Shown here piece by piece: positions 51,580 to 63,344 of a stretch of DNA of 63,962 nucleotides (its first letter is position 1; every line of letters starts with the position of its first letter). The notes beneath the pieces are model-generated. The model saw nothing but the letters and a program-made list of their open reading frames with translations, was not told the origin of the DNA and did not search any database. A program made the position numbers and the translations under genes. This stretch comes from Octopus bimaculoides (lineage: Eukaryota): the NCBI RefSeq assembly GCF_001194135.2, contig NC_068982.1:178657002-178720963 (forward strand), read 5' to 3'.

Positions 51580-53170
51580 CATTCCAGTTACATAATTCTT
51601 TTCAAAATCCTGTTTTTCTCCAGCAGTGCTGTTTTCTGGAGCATCTCAGTCTTGATAGCCATTTCTGAAATTGGTTTGTCACGTTTCCAAGTGCACCATA
51701 TCACAACAGCTATAACTTCCACTTTCCTCAGTTTCCACAAACGTACTCTCATGTTTCAAATCCTGGTAGCTATAGATTTCGTCCTCTTTCATTACAAGGC
51801 GAACGTCTCCTGGGATGGCAATAATCCAGCAATGTATTTCTTTCTCTATCAGGATCAAATCAGGTCTTCTTGCCTCAATCACACTGTCACATTGCACATA
51901 GTAATTCCATAGTAATTCCACCATATTTCATTAGAGTGGGTGGCTGGTAATTATAGCACTTGTCACTTCGTTCCAAGTTATATTTCCCACATAAAAAATC
52001 AAATATACAATTCGAGCAATGTTGTTATGTCATCTCTTGTAGTCCCGTTGTGCCAGAGAGCTACATTCACATACAGTGTAGCTTGTGGTTTCTCTAAACT
52101 TCACATGCATTCTGCACAATGGCAGTTCTGTCATTTTGTCACTGGAATTTTACGTAGTTAGTTCTTAATGCTTGCTCTTGAGCAGAACAAATAAGAGCTT
52201 CTGTCACTTCTTTCAAATCTCCCTTACTCATCCAGGCTCATGTCTCATATTTGTCTATTTTTCAAAAATTATAGTTTTTAATTATATCTCTTAGGAAATG
52301 TCCACCTTGTCTTTCAAACCAGCAATTTTCTTGTCAACTTCATTTTCCTTGAACTCCTCTTTGTTGATGCACAACTCTGTTTCTATGATTTCAGTCAATT
52401 TATCTACCATGAGTAATGGTTCTGTGCTGTTCTGAATATACCAACCAAGACTATTTTCTCCACCAATATAATCTTCACAGCCTATCATACCTCTTCTGCC
52501 ATCTTTTCTTGGTAAGTATATCCTATGTACGTCACTTTTAGGATGAAAGGCTCCATACATTGTCATTTTCTTCCTCGTTTCTCGGTCTATCTGGTTTATC
52601 TCTTCTGTTATTCATTTAAGAATGCCCGTTCCATATCGTAGTCCAAATATTTCTTTCATTCAATTTTGTCTTGAGAATCAAACACAATCGTTTCATGTAC
52701 TCTTTCTTGAGTAATCTCTTCATCTCATTTTCTTTTATTCTGTCAGTTTCCAGGTTGCCAAGGTACGTATAACCACTCACTTCAATATCCTTCATGACCC
52801 ATCCAACTCGTAGTTCTAACCCTTCAGTTCTCAACACCTTTCCTCTTTGAAGTATTAGAACTCCACATTTCTTTATCCTGAACTCCATTCCTATGTCCTT
52901 ACTGAACAAATGTACTGTTTTGATCAATGAGTCTATCTGCGTCTGATTCTTTCTAAACATCTTCAAGTCGTCCATAAATAACAAATGGTGAATTTATGGC
53001 TTCGTCGTCCCCACTCATAGCTAAAACCAGTCTTTCTCAGCAACATAGAGAATCATGCAAAAGACAAATAAAAGTGGTGACAGACTATCACACTGAAAGA
53101 TCCCCCTCTTGATTGTGACTCCTCCAAGCACATCACCACATGGCGTTAACTCAACCTTCCGACTTTCCAT
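51580..53170 (-). mobile_element. R4/Dong-like LINE, 5'-truncated (RT domain 4 to REL end)
   Basis: VTIKRGIFQ.DSLSPL...LFMDDLKMF...CGVLILQRGK...HPKSDVHRIYLPRKDGRRG; VQCDSVIEARRPDLILIEK; 5' boundary at (TTC)n 53173-53217. Confidence 0.92.
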
Positions 53171-53172
53171 GC

Positions 53173-53217
53173 TCTTCTTCTTCTTCTTCTTCTTCTTCTT
53201 CTTCTTCTTCTTCTTCT
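53173..53217. repeat. (TTC)n microsatellite
   Basis: About 15 units. Confidence 0.95.
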
Positions 53218-53677
53218 GATCATCATCACCATTATCGCCATCATCATTAGCAGTGAAAGAAAATATAAAATTCTGCTGATTCTACTATTAAAGCTACTTC
53301 ATATATTGAAGAAGACGAAGAATATTTTTAAATTTGCACATCCTTAATTAGATATAGTTTAGCCGCGAGTCAAAATATGAATATGTTTGATGTAAGTAAG
53401 GTAATTAATTCTCAGTAATGCCCTGTTAGCATAAGAGTATAATGTCATTGCTAAAACAATTTAATTGGTGTTCACAAATTAATGAGATATTTTGTAATCA
53501 GTCAAAATTTACCCCATTACTTAGATAATTATTGATATCAAATATTCTATCTATTATCTCTAAATATGCATTTTGGAGTGTTTCATATTTAGTGTTATCA
53601 TTTCTCTTCCATGCTAGCATTGACAATGTCCATTCTTTGAGGCTATTACCGGTTTCAGTCAGATTTAATTTCATTGC

Positions 53678-53727
<50 letters not shown>

Positions 53728-53826
53728 ATAAAAATCACGTTAATGATTTTTATCAAGTAGTCAGCATGCTATATCATTTACAGGCAATTAATACATTAAA
53801 TTAATAATAATATACATATGTATATA

Positions 53827-54330
53827 ATTATATCAATGGAGACCGTGCTTGAAGTGCCGATACCTTCAAAAGCTACCAAAAGCTCCAGCTAAAATATACA
53901 CGTGGCTGAAATTGGGCTTGTGAGAGTAAATTTAAAAAGACGTTACGTTAATTGTGAATTGGTTCTAATTTCTGGAGTAAAGAAAAAAAAGCTGTTTTCT
54001 TCCGTCAACACAATACTTTGCACGATATAGATATTTTGGATCTATACGTACAAATATTTGCATGTAGATGTGTGAACTTGCTTTGGATGGTGTGTGTACA
54101 GTTATTTGGAGTTATATTTCAACTATCCGTGTATTGTGTTGACGAAGGAGAAAAGCTGTTTTTTGTTTTAATCCAGAAATTGGAACCAATTCACAATTAA
54201 CGTGAGGTCTTTTAAAATTTTTTTGTCACTAACCCGATTTCAGCCACATGTATATTTTAGCTGGAGTTTTTGGTAGCTTTTGAGCTTGCTGGAGAAAGGT
54301 CATTTTTGCCCGATCTCCCTTGATATAAAT
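53827..54330. mobile_element. ~500-bp foldback (inverted arms of ~150-190 bp) in a TA-rich site
   Basis: 53866-54016 is approximately the reverse complement of 54131-54283; outer attatatcaatggaga / tctcccttgatataaat also pair. Confidence 0.75.
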
Positions 54331-54347
54331 TTTAATATATATCTATC

Positions 54348-54380
<33 letters not shown>

Positions 54381-54386
54381 ATATAA

Positions 54387-54548
54387 ATGAAAAATGTATA
54401 AACAAACGACGTAACTTATACTGAATGTAAAGAGACAAGCAGGGGGTCTTCCCAATTGAGTAGTGCCCGCAAAAACAATGTTTTCTTATGGAGAATTAGG
54501 GACAAGAGCAAACAAAACAAAACAAAACAAGCAAAATGACACAGTGTG
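54387..54548 (+). repeat. Partial, deleted copy of the arm of the 55023-55528 foldback
   Basis: Shares tactgaatgtaaa, gtgcccgc and ggagaattagggacaagagcaaacaaaacaaaacaaa with 55075-55290. Confidence 0.75.
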
Positions 54549-54956
54549 ATTTAGGGCGGTGGACGAGGACAAGCAAATGAACAAAATAAGATTTTGGGGC
54601 CAAGGAGACGAGAATAGTGGGTAACGCTTAGAAAATGTCTTGAAGGATGGAGAACGGAGAGACAGAGAATTTGCGACTCGTCAGTTAAGGGACCAGCGTA
54701 AGAAAGGAAGGAAAAGGGGAACTGACCGCTGGTCACGTGACAGCAGCGGGCTGAAGAGAAAGACAACAGGGAGAGGGAGTGACAGAGACAAAAAGGAAAG
54801 GAATGAAGGGGAAGGAGAAAGGCTACAAGAGGGGGAGAGAGAGAAAAGGAGTAAGTAGAAAGGCTAGAAAAGAAGTGAGAGAGTGAGACTAGGAAAAGGG
54901 GAAAGAATGAATGCAAGAGGGAAAGAAAGAGAAGGATGGAAAGAGAGAGAAGGAGG

Positions 54957-54987
<31 letters not shown>

Positions 54988-55022
54988 TCACATGGGTATA
55001 TAAAAACTTACTTGTTAATACA

Positions 55023-55528
55023 AATTCGGTGTGTGTTGCGTTCCATTATTTGACAAATGGAAAAACGAAATGCATAAACAAAAGATGCAGCATATACTGA
55101 ATGTAAAAACGAACAGGAGACAAGTAGAAGGTCCGTAATTCTTCATCAGTTATCGACCAATTGGTAATATTCAGTTTGAAACCTTTAACGATAAGACTGA
55201 GCGAGTCCCAGTTGGCGGTGCCCGCCAGAAAAAATTTCTTGTGGAGAATTAGGGACAAGAGCAAACAAAACAAAACAAACAAAACGACACAGAGTTTCCT
55301 TTTGTCCCTAATTCTCCACAAGAAAGCTTTTTTGCGGGTACCACCAATTGGGAAGCACTCAGTCTTATCGTTAAAGGTACGATCTGCATATTACCAGTTG
55401 GTCGATAACATGAAAAATTACGAACTTGTTTGTCTCCTGTTCGTTTTTACGTTCAGTATACGTTACGTCGTTTGTTTAACCATTTTTAAAACGTTTATCA
55501 AGTAACTGAACGCAGCACACACCGAATT
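55023..55528. mobile_element. ~505-bp foldback with diverged ~235-bp arms and a (CAAAA)n loop
   Basis: aattcggtgtgtgttgcgttc ... gaacgcagcacacaccgaatt termini; inner ttgtggagaattagggacaa / ttgtccctaattctccacaa. Confidence 0.8.
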
Positions 55529-55529
55529 C

Positions 55530-55680
55530 TCTCTGTTTATTTCCTCGTGTTCCCTTCTATTGAAGAGCATAGGCTCGAAACGTAAACGACTTTCTCACCT
55601 TCCCGAGCATCAAACTAAAATAACTGCTTGTTGTTTATATATCTGCCTACGTTTTTTGTTTTTCTGTAAATTTCAACTAA
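55530..55680 (+). mobile_element. Penelope-type pseudo-LTR tail with a degenerate hammerhead-like motif
   Basis: CTATTGA-A-GAGC(ATAG)GCTC-GAAA-CG-TA at 55557-55584, followed by a T-rich tail. Confidence 0.5.
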
Positions 55681-55794
55681 ATGTATGTATGAATGTATGT
55701 ATGTATGTATGTATGTATGTATGTATGTATGTGTGTGTGTTTATGTGTATCTATGTGTGTATTTATATGTATATGTGTGTGTATGTGTGATTTT

Positions 55795-56000
55795 TGCTAT
55801 TGTGTTTCGCTCTTTCACAACCAGTGTTGATTAGTTAAATTCCTTATAAACTAGCGGTTCGACCTAACAAGACCCATACAAATAATACTTAACCTAAGAA
55901 ACGACCAAGGTCGTTTTAATCGACCAAGGTCGTTTTAATCGACTAAACGTTTCAAGGCGGTGACACGGCATGGCGGTAGTCTAAAGAGTGAATAAAAGGA
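55795..56000 (+). mobile_element. SINE family C, decayed 3' half
   Basis: acaaccagtgttg...aactagcggttcg...aatcgactaaacgtttcaaggcggtg..cggcatggcggtagtc; contains a 19-bp tandem duplication gaccaaggtcgttttaatc. Confidence 0.6.
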
Positions 56001-56857
56001 AAAGAAATTGTATTTGATTCTTTTTTAAAACACCTACCAAATGTACTTTCCGATTAATATTTTATGAGTGGAAATTTTTTTTATACCGATGTGTCTTTGT
56101 ATGGTTTTGGCGGAAAAAAACAGAAGTCGAGAGAAATCTTTTTATAAACTTCTAGACTGTTGGAAAAACGGATAACATTATGATGAGAACGAAAATTGAC
56201 CTAAATGTTTGAAGAGTGAATTTCCGAGGCTCGAGAGCCAAGTAATACAGCTAAAATTGGGTGATAGCTTAAGTCAAAAATGAATCCAAAAAATTAATGA
56301 TAGCAAAGAATAAAAACGAATCCAGCAGGATTAGAATTTTTGTCATGTAACAAACATCACTCTCGAAGCTTTAAAACCGACACGAAGCTATTGCAGAAAC
56401 CCATTCGTACTGTGCCACACACTGAGATACAAATCGAGATTAAGCTGTAGCAAAGCAAGGCTGCTAAACACAGCCTCTTCCATTTCCACATAAACGAATT
56501 CTAGAAATCTTAATATTGTAATTATAATAATATCATAGTTCTAAATGGTTACTAGAAATCTACTGAAAGAAGGAAGACATTTATTTATATTATTACTAAG
56601 TTATACCTTATTATCAACTACAAGTTGCAAGCGTATAATCCTTTCTTAAGAAGTAAGATATGTTTGAAGTAAGGGGAGCTGCTCAAATATTTTCAGCATT
56701 ATAGAGATAATTATCGAAGCCTATATTGAAATATTTTGTTCAAAATCTCATCTGTGGTAAGTATATTCTGACAATTCCCTTCAGTCCCTTATGTCTAATA
56801 TTATCAACATGAGAAAACCGTTGGAAAACAGTTTATAGCAGAGACTCCATCTAAGAA

Positions 56858-56893
56858 GATCTGAAGAAGGAATTGTAATTCCGAAATATCATC
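56858..56893 (+). ncRNA. Minimal type-I hammerhead ribozyme motif, intact core
   Basis: GAT-CTGAAGA-A-GGAAT(TGTA)ATTCC-GAAA-TA-TC^ATC; palindromic ATAT stem III. Confidence 0.7.
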
Positions 56894-57303
56894 GGACTAT
56901 AGATAACCAAACTACAACAAGTATATAGTCCATTTTTTGTTTTTTAGTGCATTGTTGTAACATTCTAAACTTTTTATTCTTTACTACATTTAAACAATCG
57001 TCACCTTCATCAATAATAATTTTTAACATATTTTCAAAATAACTTTTACGCTGTTAATACTTAGCCATATTAAGATGCCAATATAGTGCCTCAAGCACAG
57101 AAATATATATAAAAAAAGAAACATTTCATTCATTTTAAGACGCTAGATTTGAAAGAATATAGGAGTAACAATGAAAATATTGTTTAGTTAATTTACAGTA
57201 GCATATTATATTTGGATGTGCTAAATATTTTCCAACTATAACATTCGAACCCGTATGAAACTCGCAGTATTTTATTTAATTGGCAATCCATACCCCCACC
57301 TCT

Positions 57304-57349
<46 letters not shown>

Positions 57350-58006
57350 GTGTTAAGTATTTCCATTGGAAGCTATATTTACATATTCTATCACCACTTC
57401 TAAATATATGCTTTTTCAAAATATTTCAGATCATGTTATGCTTCAAAGGATCAGCTATGCTGTAGAGACACATGATAGAAGAAAATTCTAATATTACTGC
57501 ATAAAAAGTAAATTAATCAACGGTCTAAGTTTATTGGTATTTGTATTAAAAGAATAATTCTTTTAATTTCTTACATTTCTCATCAACAAGCTAGTTTACC
57601 AGATTCTAAATGCTGTAATACTGATTGTCATAGTTTTCATCGTAATTGTATGACGGCAATTGCTTGGCGGGAATTGCGTTAACTACTAGACTCATAAGTA
57701 ATTTGTTATACAATTTAATTTTCAAGTCATTTCCTACATCTTACTGGTTTAAATTAGAATAGATAATTGCTAGGAATTATGGCATTTAAAGGTTAATGTT
57801 CCAATATTTTGAAAATTATCAATGGTTTGCGAATATATGTAGTTTCTTTGTTTCATTTGATAGAATTATACACGCATAAATGCATTTGTGAGTATATGTT
57901 ACATTTTACATTTATTCCCACGCGTGCGCATATACTTACAATGACATGTACACAGCGATATACATACGTATGCTTGTATAGCTATGGATAGACATACATG
58001 CATGTA

Positions 58007-58007
<1 letters not shown>

Positions 58008-58082
<75 letters not shown>
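58008..58082. repeat. (TACA)n(TA)n microsatellite
   Basis: Direct read. Confidence 0.95.
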
Positions 58083-58084
<2 letters not shown>

Positions 58085-59879
58085 AAGACAACTTCACATA
58101 TATCAAAATCTATATGTATTTTTATATGGACATATTGATACTTTAGTTAAGAATGTTTGAACGTATACATTAAAATAATCATAATAAAGTAAAATATAAG
58201 TGGAAATGAAAGTATACATAAAGATTTATTCCCAAGGGAAATTTATCTTTTAGATAGAATTAGCTTAAAAATTTAATTTTCACAGATTTTCTTTTATAGT
58301 TATGTATTTCAGAATTTATTCATGAAATGTTTCAAAGCTAAAACTAATTTACAACATTTTTTCTTCCTAAAAATCGATTTTGTTTCTGAAACGTGTAAAA
58401 AAAAAAATCAAAGAAACAAAAAAATCTGTTTCGTTTCGTACATTGTTAGGTCTCAGTGTAAAGCGGATTAACGTATTGAAAATGTTAGTGTTGGTTTGGA
58501 TTGTTATTGTCAGTAACTACAACAGAATTCTAAGTAAATATTCAGTCTTATCTTTCAGAACAATAAGAATCATTATATTTGCTTTAGCTCATCAGGAATA
58601 TTTTGAATAACAGATAAGATCATGTATTTTTTTTTCTTTGGTTTTGTTATGTTAAAAATACTGAAATGTAAATCTCTATATTTTTATACTTTACGCAGAA
58701 GTAATGAAAATAAAATGAAAAATGTTTTAATTTCTTTCCAAAGGAGATGGTCATTTTTTAATGAGATAAGTGCACTACGAGTAGATATCGAGAACGTTTA
58801 TTACTGTTCTAAACATGAAAATTCTTTGCATCATTACATCAGCCTCGTGGTAGATATGTTTCACTTTAGCAGAGGTTAGAACATTATTAATACTGAATTA
58901 ACTGAAGGGTAGAATACTAGTTCTCATTTTATGGAAAACGAAAGGTTGGCACTTAAAATCGACTCCGGATGGGTTTAAAAGCTGAAGGTAAGTAGCTTAG
59001 TTATCAAACAAATACGCACAAAAAATACTTGTTGCTCTACCAAATTTCTAAAATAGACACAAAGCTATTATTTTTGGTGAAGTGATGCAACAGTTAATCG
59101 CTCGGGCTTTAATCTCTCGTGTCTGGAAGAATGAAAGATGAAGATTACGGTGGAGGGATTTAAAGCCAGATCGTAAATAGCCGAAACAAATGCCAGGAGT
59201 TATTTAGTCTGACACACTACGAAAATAGTTTAGTAATAGTAATGGTTTCAAATTTTAGCATAAGGATAGTATTTTAGATGAGATATTGGTCGATTAATTC
59301 GGCCCCATTATTTTGACACTTTATTTTATCGACGCCGAATGGATGAAAAGCAAACTTGACCAGGAAGAGATATGTACTCAGAAGACAGAGAGATTCAAGG
59401 AATGTCGTTAAATATTTTCTGAACACTATCATTCTGCGCGCTTGTCGCCCCAGTAATAAAATGGTAATAATAGGCTTCAATATAAATCGACCTGTTTCTT
59501 TCATTTTTGCATTCGTTCCTTGTATTTAGTTCATACTCATGTTTTAGTAAACGCGGGTCCATCGTTCTGTGCTGTACCAAAGCTATAGTGGCTACAATAT
59601 TATCTAAAAGAGGGAGAGTAATCAAGAAAAAGGAAAGAATTCAGAACGGAGAATTGCTACATATTACCACACCAACCGTTACTCCCACAAATGGTCGAAC
59701 TGTCGGAGTGCGCAGACTCGTTCTTTATGTTGTTATTGTTATGCGCAAAGAGGAGAAAATAATGGTAATCAACAATCTATTGATGGAATTTTTATGTAAG
59801 AAGTGAACCAAGAAAGCGAGAATTTCAGAAAATTTCTGAACATTTGAAAAGTGTTTGAAAAAATTAATATCAAGAGCAG

Positions 59880-60616
59880 CATCTTTCAGATAAAGTTTTC
59901 TGTATCAAGACTATAGTATACTTCTATAAAAGTGGAAGAAATAAAAAGAATGATCATTAGAAAATTACATGAATCGACAGACCAAAGCTAAATAAGTGGC
60001 ATTAACACTTCAGAGAATTAAGAGCATAAATCTATCATAGCTAACCTGGAGAATGAAACTCTCGCAGCTGAAACAAGAGTAGGAAGAAAAGACATTTGAT
60101 GTGGCCAGCCTTCATAATCAACTAAATATCTTTGCAAAATATGAGGCAGAAGCTGATAGAACAAAAGGACATAATATCAGATAATTTGAGGAAAGTGGAT
60201 CGAGCCAAATTAAAAAAAAAAATGAACTGCATGATTGATGAGATCTGCGAAAACATTAGAGACACCAACACATAGATATTATCGGGTTCCAATGTATTTG
60301 ACAAAATCAAAAGACAAAAGACAGATCAACAGGTACTTTGGAGGAAAAGGCGGACGTTAATGAAGATTAGCCGCCTTACGAATGACAAAAATTAGCTGGG
60401 CAAGTGGACGCAGGGTAAATTAATGAAAAAAGTATCAGAAAGGTGGATTAGAAGATAGCTATTACGTAAGTGAAAAAGAAATCGGGATAATGATCGAAAA
60501 GCTCAAGTAGAGAGTAAAGGCAAAAGCTAGTAAACTTATAAAGTACGAAGAAAGAAAAAGAAAAGAAGCAAAATCAACTCTTCAGTAAAATCGAAGAGAA
60601 AAACGAGATATATGAT

Positions 60617-60686
<70 letters not shown>

Positions 60687-61885
60687 ACACACACACACAC
60701 ACATAAATATATATATATAAAAAAATATATATTTATATATATGAGACGGCCGATCGCCGAGGAAAACTTATTTAGGGAAAAAACTTAGGAAAGATGCAAA
60801 TGATAACAAGAACACTCAGAGAGTGTAAACCAAGGCAACACCAACGGCACATCAGCGATTAGCCGGAGATGATTTTTAAAATGAGAATATCTGAAATAAA
60901 CTCGATTGCTCTCACGAGCACAAATGCTTAAAAGGAACCCGACCGCTCTCAAAAATTAAGTAAAAGAAACCGGAAAAATAATCTAGAATCCTTTCACGGT
61001 ACCGGAACAATCCCAAAATCTAATCAGTTAGTACCAGTCACAAGGCCAAACAGCCCGGCAAGTTTCATTCGAATTCATCCAGCGGTGCTTGAGATATCTT
61101 GTCCACGGAGAAACAAACAAACACGACTGAAAACAAAACCTCCGCCTCTACTAAAGCAGAGGTAATAATAAAGCAGAATGGATAGTCCAAGTATAGGATT
61201 ACACCTAAAATGCTGTGACTAAGAAGGATTTTACCATAATAAAAGCAATTACTTAAAAACAGTTAAGAAAAAAGAAAACGGGAAAGTAGAATGTTGCTTA
61301 CAAGATCTTTTCCATAATTACTGGCAGAAAGAGGTTACAAGTCTTCATGAATCTTCAGTTATATAACTTGATATGTATGTGTCAAAGGTATATATAATAC
61401 TGTAGTTAACTAAAGGGAGGGTTTGCATGATATTGAAAACTAAAATGAAACAGACATTTGCCTCAAACTTGCGCGAGTACTATTTATACAGAAACTTCTA
61501 GGTGGGAAAATTCTAGAAGGTATACTAACATATATGAAACGCTTAATGTTTGATTATTATAGAAGATATCGGAAAGATATGGAAATGAACGTAACATCAA
61601 TTAATAATTGATAAATTGGTCATGAACTTCAAAATATAAGGACAAATTTATGTGAAGCTTGAATCAATTATTCAAAAGTACGTGATCAAATGTCACCTAA
61701 AACTCACTCAGGTCTCGAAAAAACTAGATGTCTTTTAAAAACAGAATCAGACATTGGAGTGTAGAGTTTACATCAGAAGGAGAAATTTTAACAGATATAC
61801 CGATTAGAAGAAGAATCCTTGAAGGAAGCTGCCCTTCTCTTCTATACTGTTTGTAATAGCACTGATCTCTTTGTCAGCTATAAAA
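59880..61885 (+). mobile_element. Old R4/Dong-like LINE, 5' half, interrupted by (CA)n and a non-autonomous element
   Basis: NLRKVDRAKLKK; IMIEKLK*RVKAKASKLIKYEE...QNQLFS; NNKAEWI; EGEILTDIPIRRRILEGS (compare V.I.RGIFQGDS). Confidence 0.6.
60805..61165 (+). mobile_element. Non-autonomous element of Helentron-associated (HINE/DINE-1-like) architecture
   Basis: Starts aacaagaacactcagagag; (AAAC)n near the 3' end; terminal hairpin acctccgc-ctctactaaa-gcagaggt (61138-61163). Class assignment is inference. Confidence 0.5.
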
Positions 61886-63130
61886 AAAACAAACAAACCG
61901 AAAGTACGATATTAATTGGGAACGAACAGGAGTAAAGAGAATCATAAGTGTATGTGTTAATTAAAACTTTGTGATAAAGACAATAATTAACTGAATTCTG
62001 TGGTGTTAAGCGTAAGAATATTTAACGTTGAGACATTAAGAATGTAAAAATGCACCATGCAGGCGACGAAGCGGGGAAAACATCATAAAATAAACTGGAA
62101 TGGATCTACTTGATGGTAAAAATATAAAATCCTTAAGTGTAGAAGAGTAAAATAAACTGAAAGTAGTTAAATTACAGTTATTTTTCAATTTAGGGATGTC
62201 TTCCTGATAGTTTAATGTCAGCATGTTGCTTTATGTGATAATTACACGGAATCACGTGCATCACCTGATGAATGATTGCAGATGCCTGGAAGTAAGACCC
62301 AGTCGCTTAATATAGATATTAATGGAGGTTATTCAAATGTTTTGCCTGTTAGTCGTTGGTAAGTACGGAATTTACGTAGATAATCAAGTATGAAGATAAC
62401 ACAAGAGAACATAGTGATAATATAGTTTTAGTCTAAAAAAAATATTTATAAATGTTTGATGTTTACTAAAATTATATACACATAAAAATATCTATGTGTA
62501 TAAAAACTATCTATGTATATAAAAACATGTTTGTGTTTAAAATACACAAAGCTTTCTTGCGAATGATATACTTAGGATATAAATTCTTGACTGTATAGCT
62601 AAGGTGTCGAATTTATTGCAGATTTGGTTACTTTAAAGAATTAATTTAACTTGAATGGATATTGTGAAGAAGACGTTATAGATACGTTGGCGATACACCT
62701 TAGTTCACAAGAGGTAATGATATTTTGCAAATTGTTGTTAGCTTTTCAGCTTTACCATTTTTAAAAATAAGTATGGATTACCACCGATATAAAAATGTAT
62801 ACTAGTAATTATGGATAATTTTACTTTAGCATGTTCCACTAGTATTCCTTAAGTGGCTATTTTATTATGTAGTCACAATGGAGAAGTGGTGTGCTTACAG
62901 CTATTGTAGCAAAGCATTTCATACAAATGTGTGATTTATCTTGATCATAATGCAGTGAATTCAGTTTAAGAAAATTTTATGCAGGTGGAATACACACACG
63001 CATGCGCATGCGTGTACACATACATTCACGCGTTCACACACACACGAATCAGTGAACAAAGTAAAGATTGTTGTACTTAACACATTTGATTCGAGTTACA
63101 TTATACTAGTAACAGTTTGATTGAGCTCTG

Positions 63131-63180
63131 CATTACTTAAAATTTCGCAGACACGTAGGATGCATCTGCCTCGTCAGATG
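63131..63180 (-). ncRNA. Hammerhead-like motif in the Penelope 3' pseudo-LTR
   Basis: CAT-CTGACGA-G-GCAGATGC(ATCCTAC)GTGTCTGC-GAAA-T(TTTAA)G-TA^ATG. Confidence 0.6.
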
Positions 63181-63344
63181 TTTGGAAAGAGTAGAAAGTT
63201 TGAAAGAACTTCAGAAAGGCGTATTGGTGTTTGGGCTCGTACTGGTCAGTTGCTGTCCTGTGGCTGTAATGGTATAAAAGCTAATATTTTCTTTAATTTT
63301 TGCGGACAGAATGTTTGTTGGATACTGACGGCATTTCATGGCAG

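Noticed and set aside
54732-54741. GTCACGTGAC, a CLEAR/E-box palindrome
   Set aside because: A single site inside a repeat-flanked block with no linked gene.
58745-58855. Open frame with an Ig-like ...LRVDIENVYYC
   Set aside because: The spacing of D to YYC is wrong, there is no first Cys/Trp strand, and the donor is weak.
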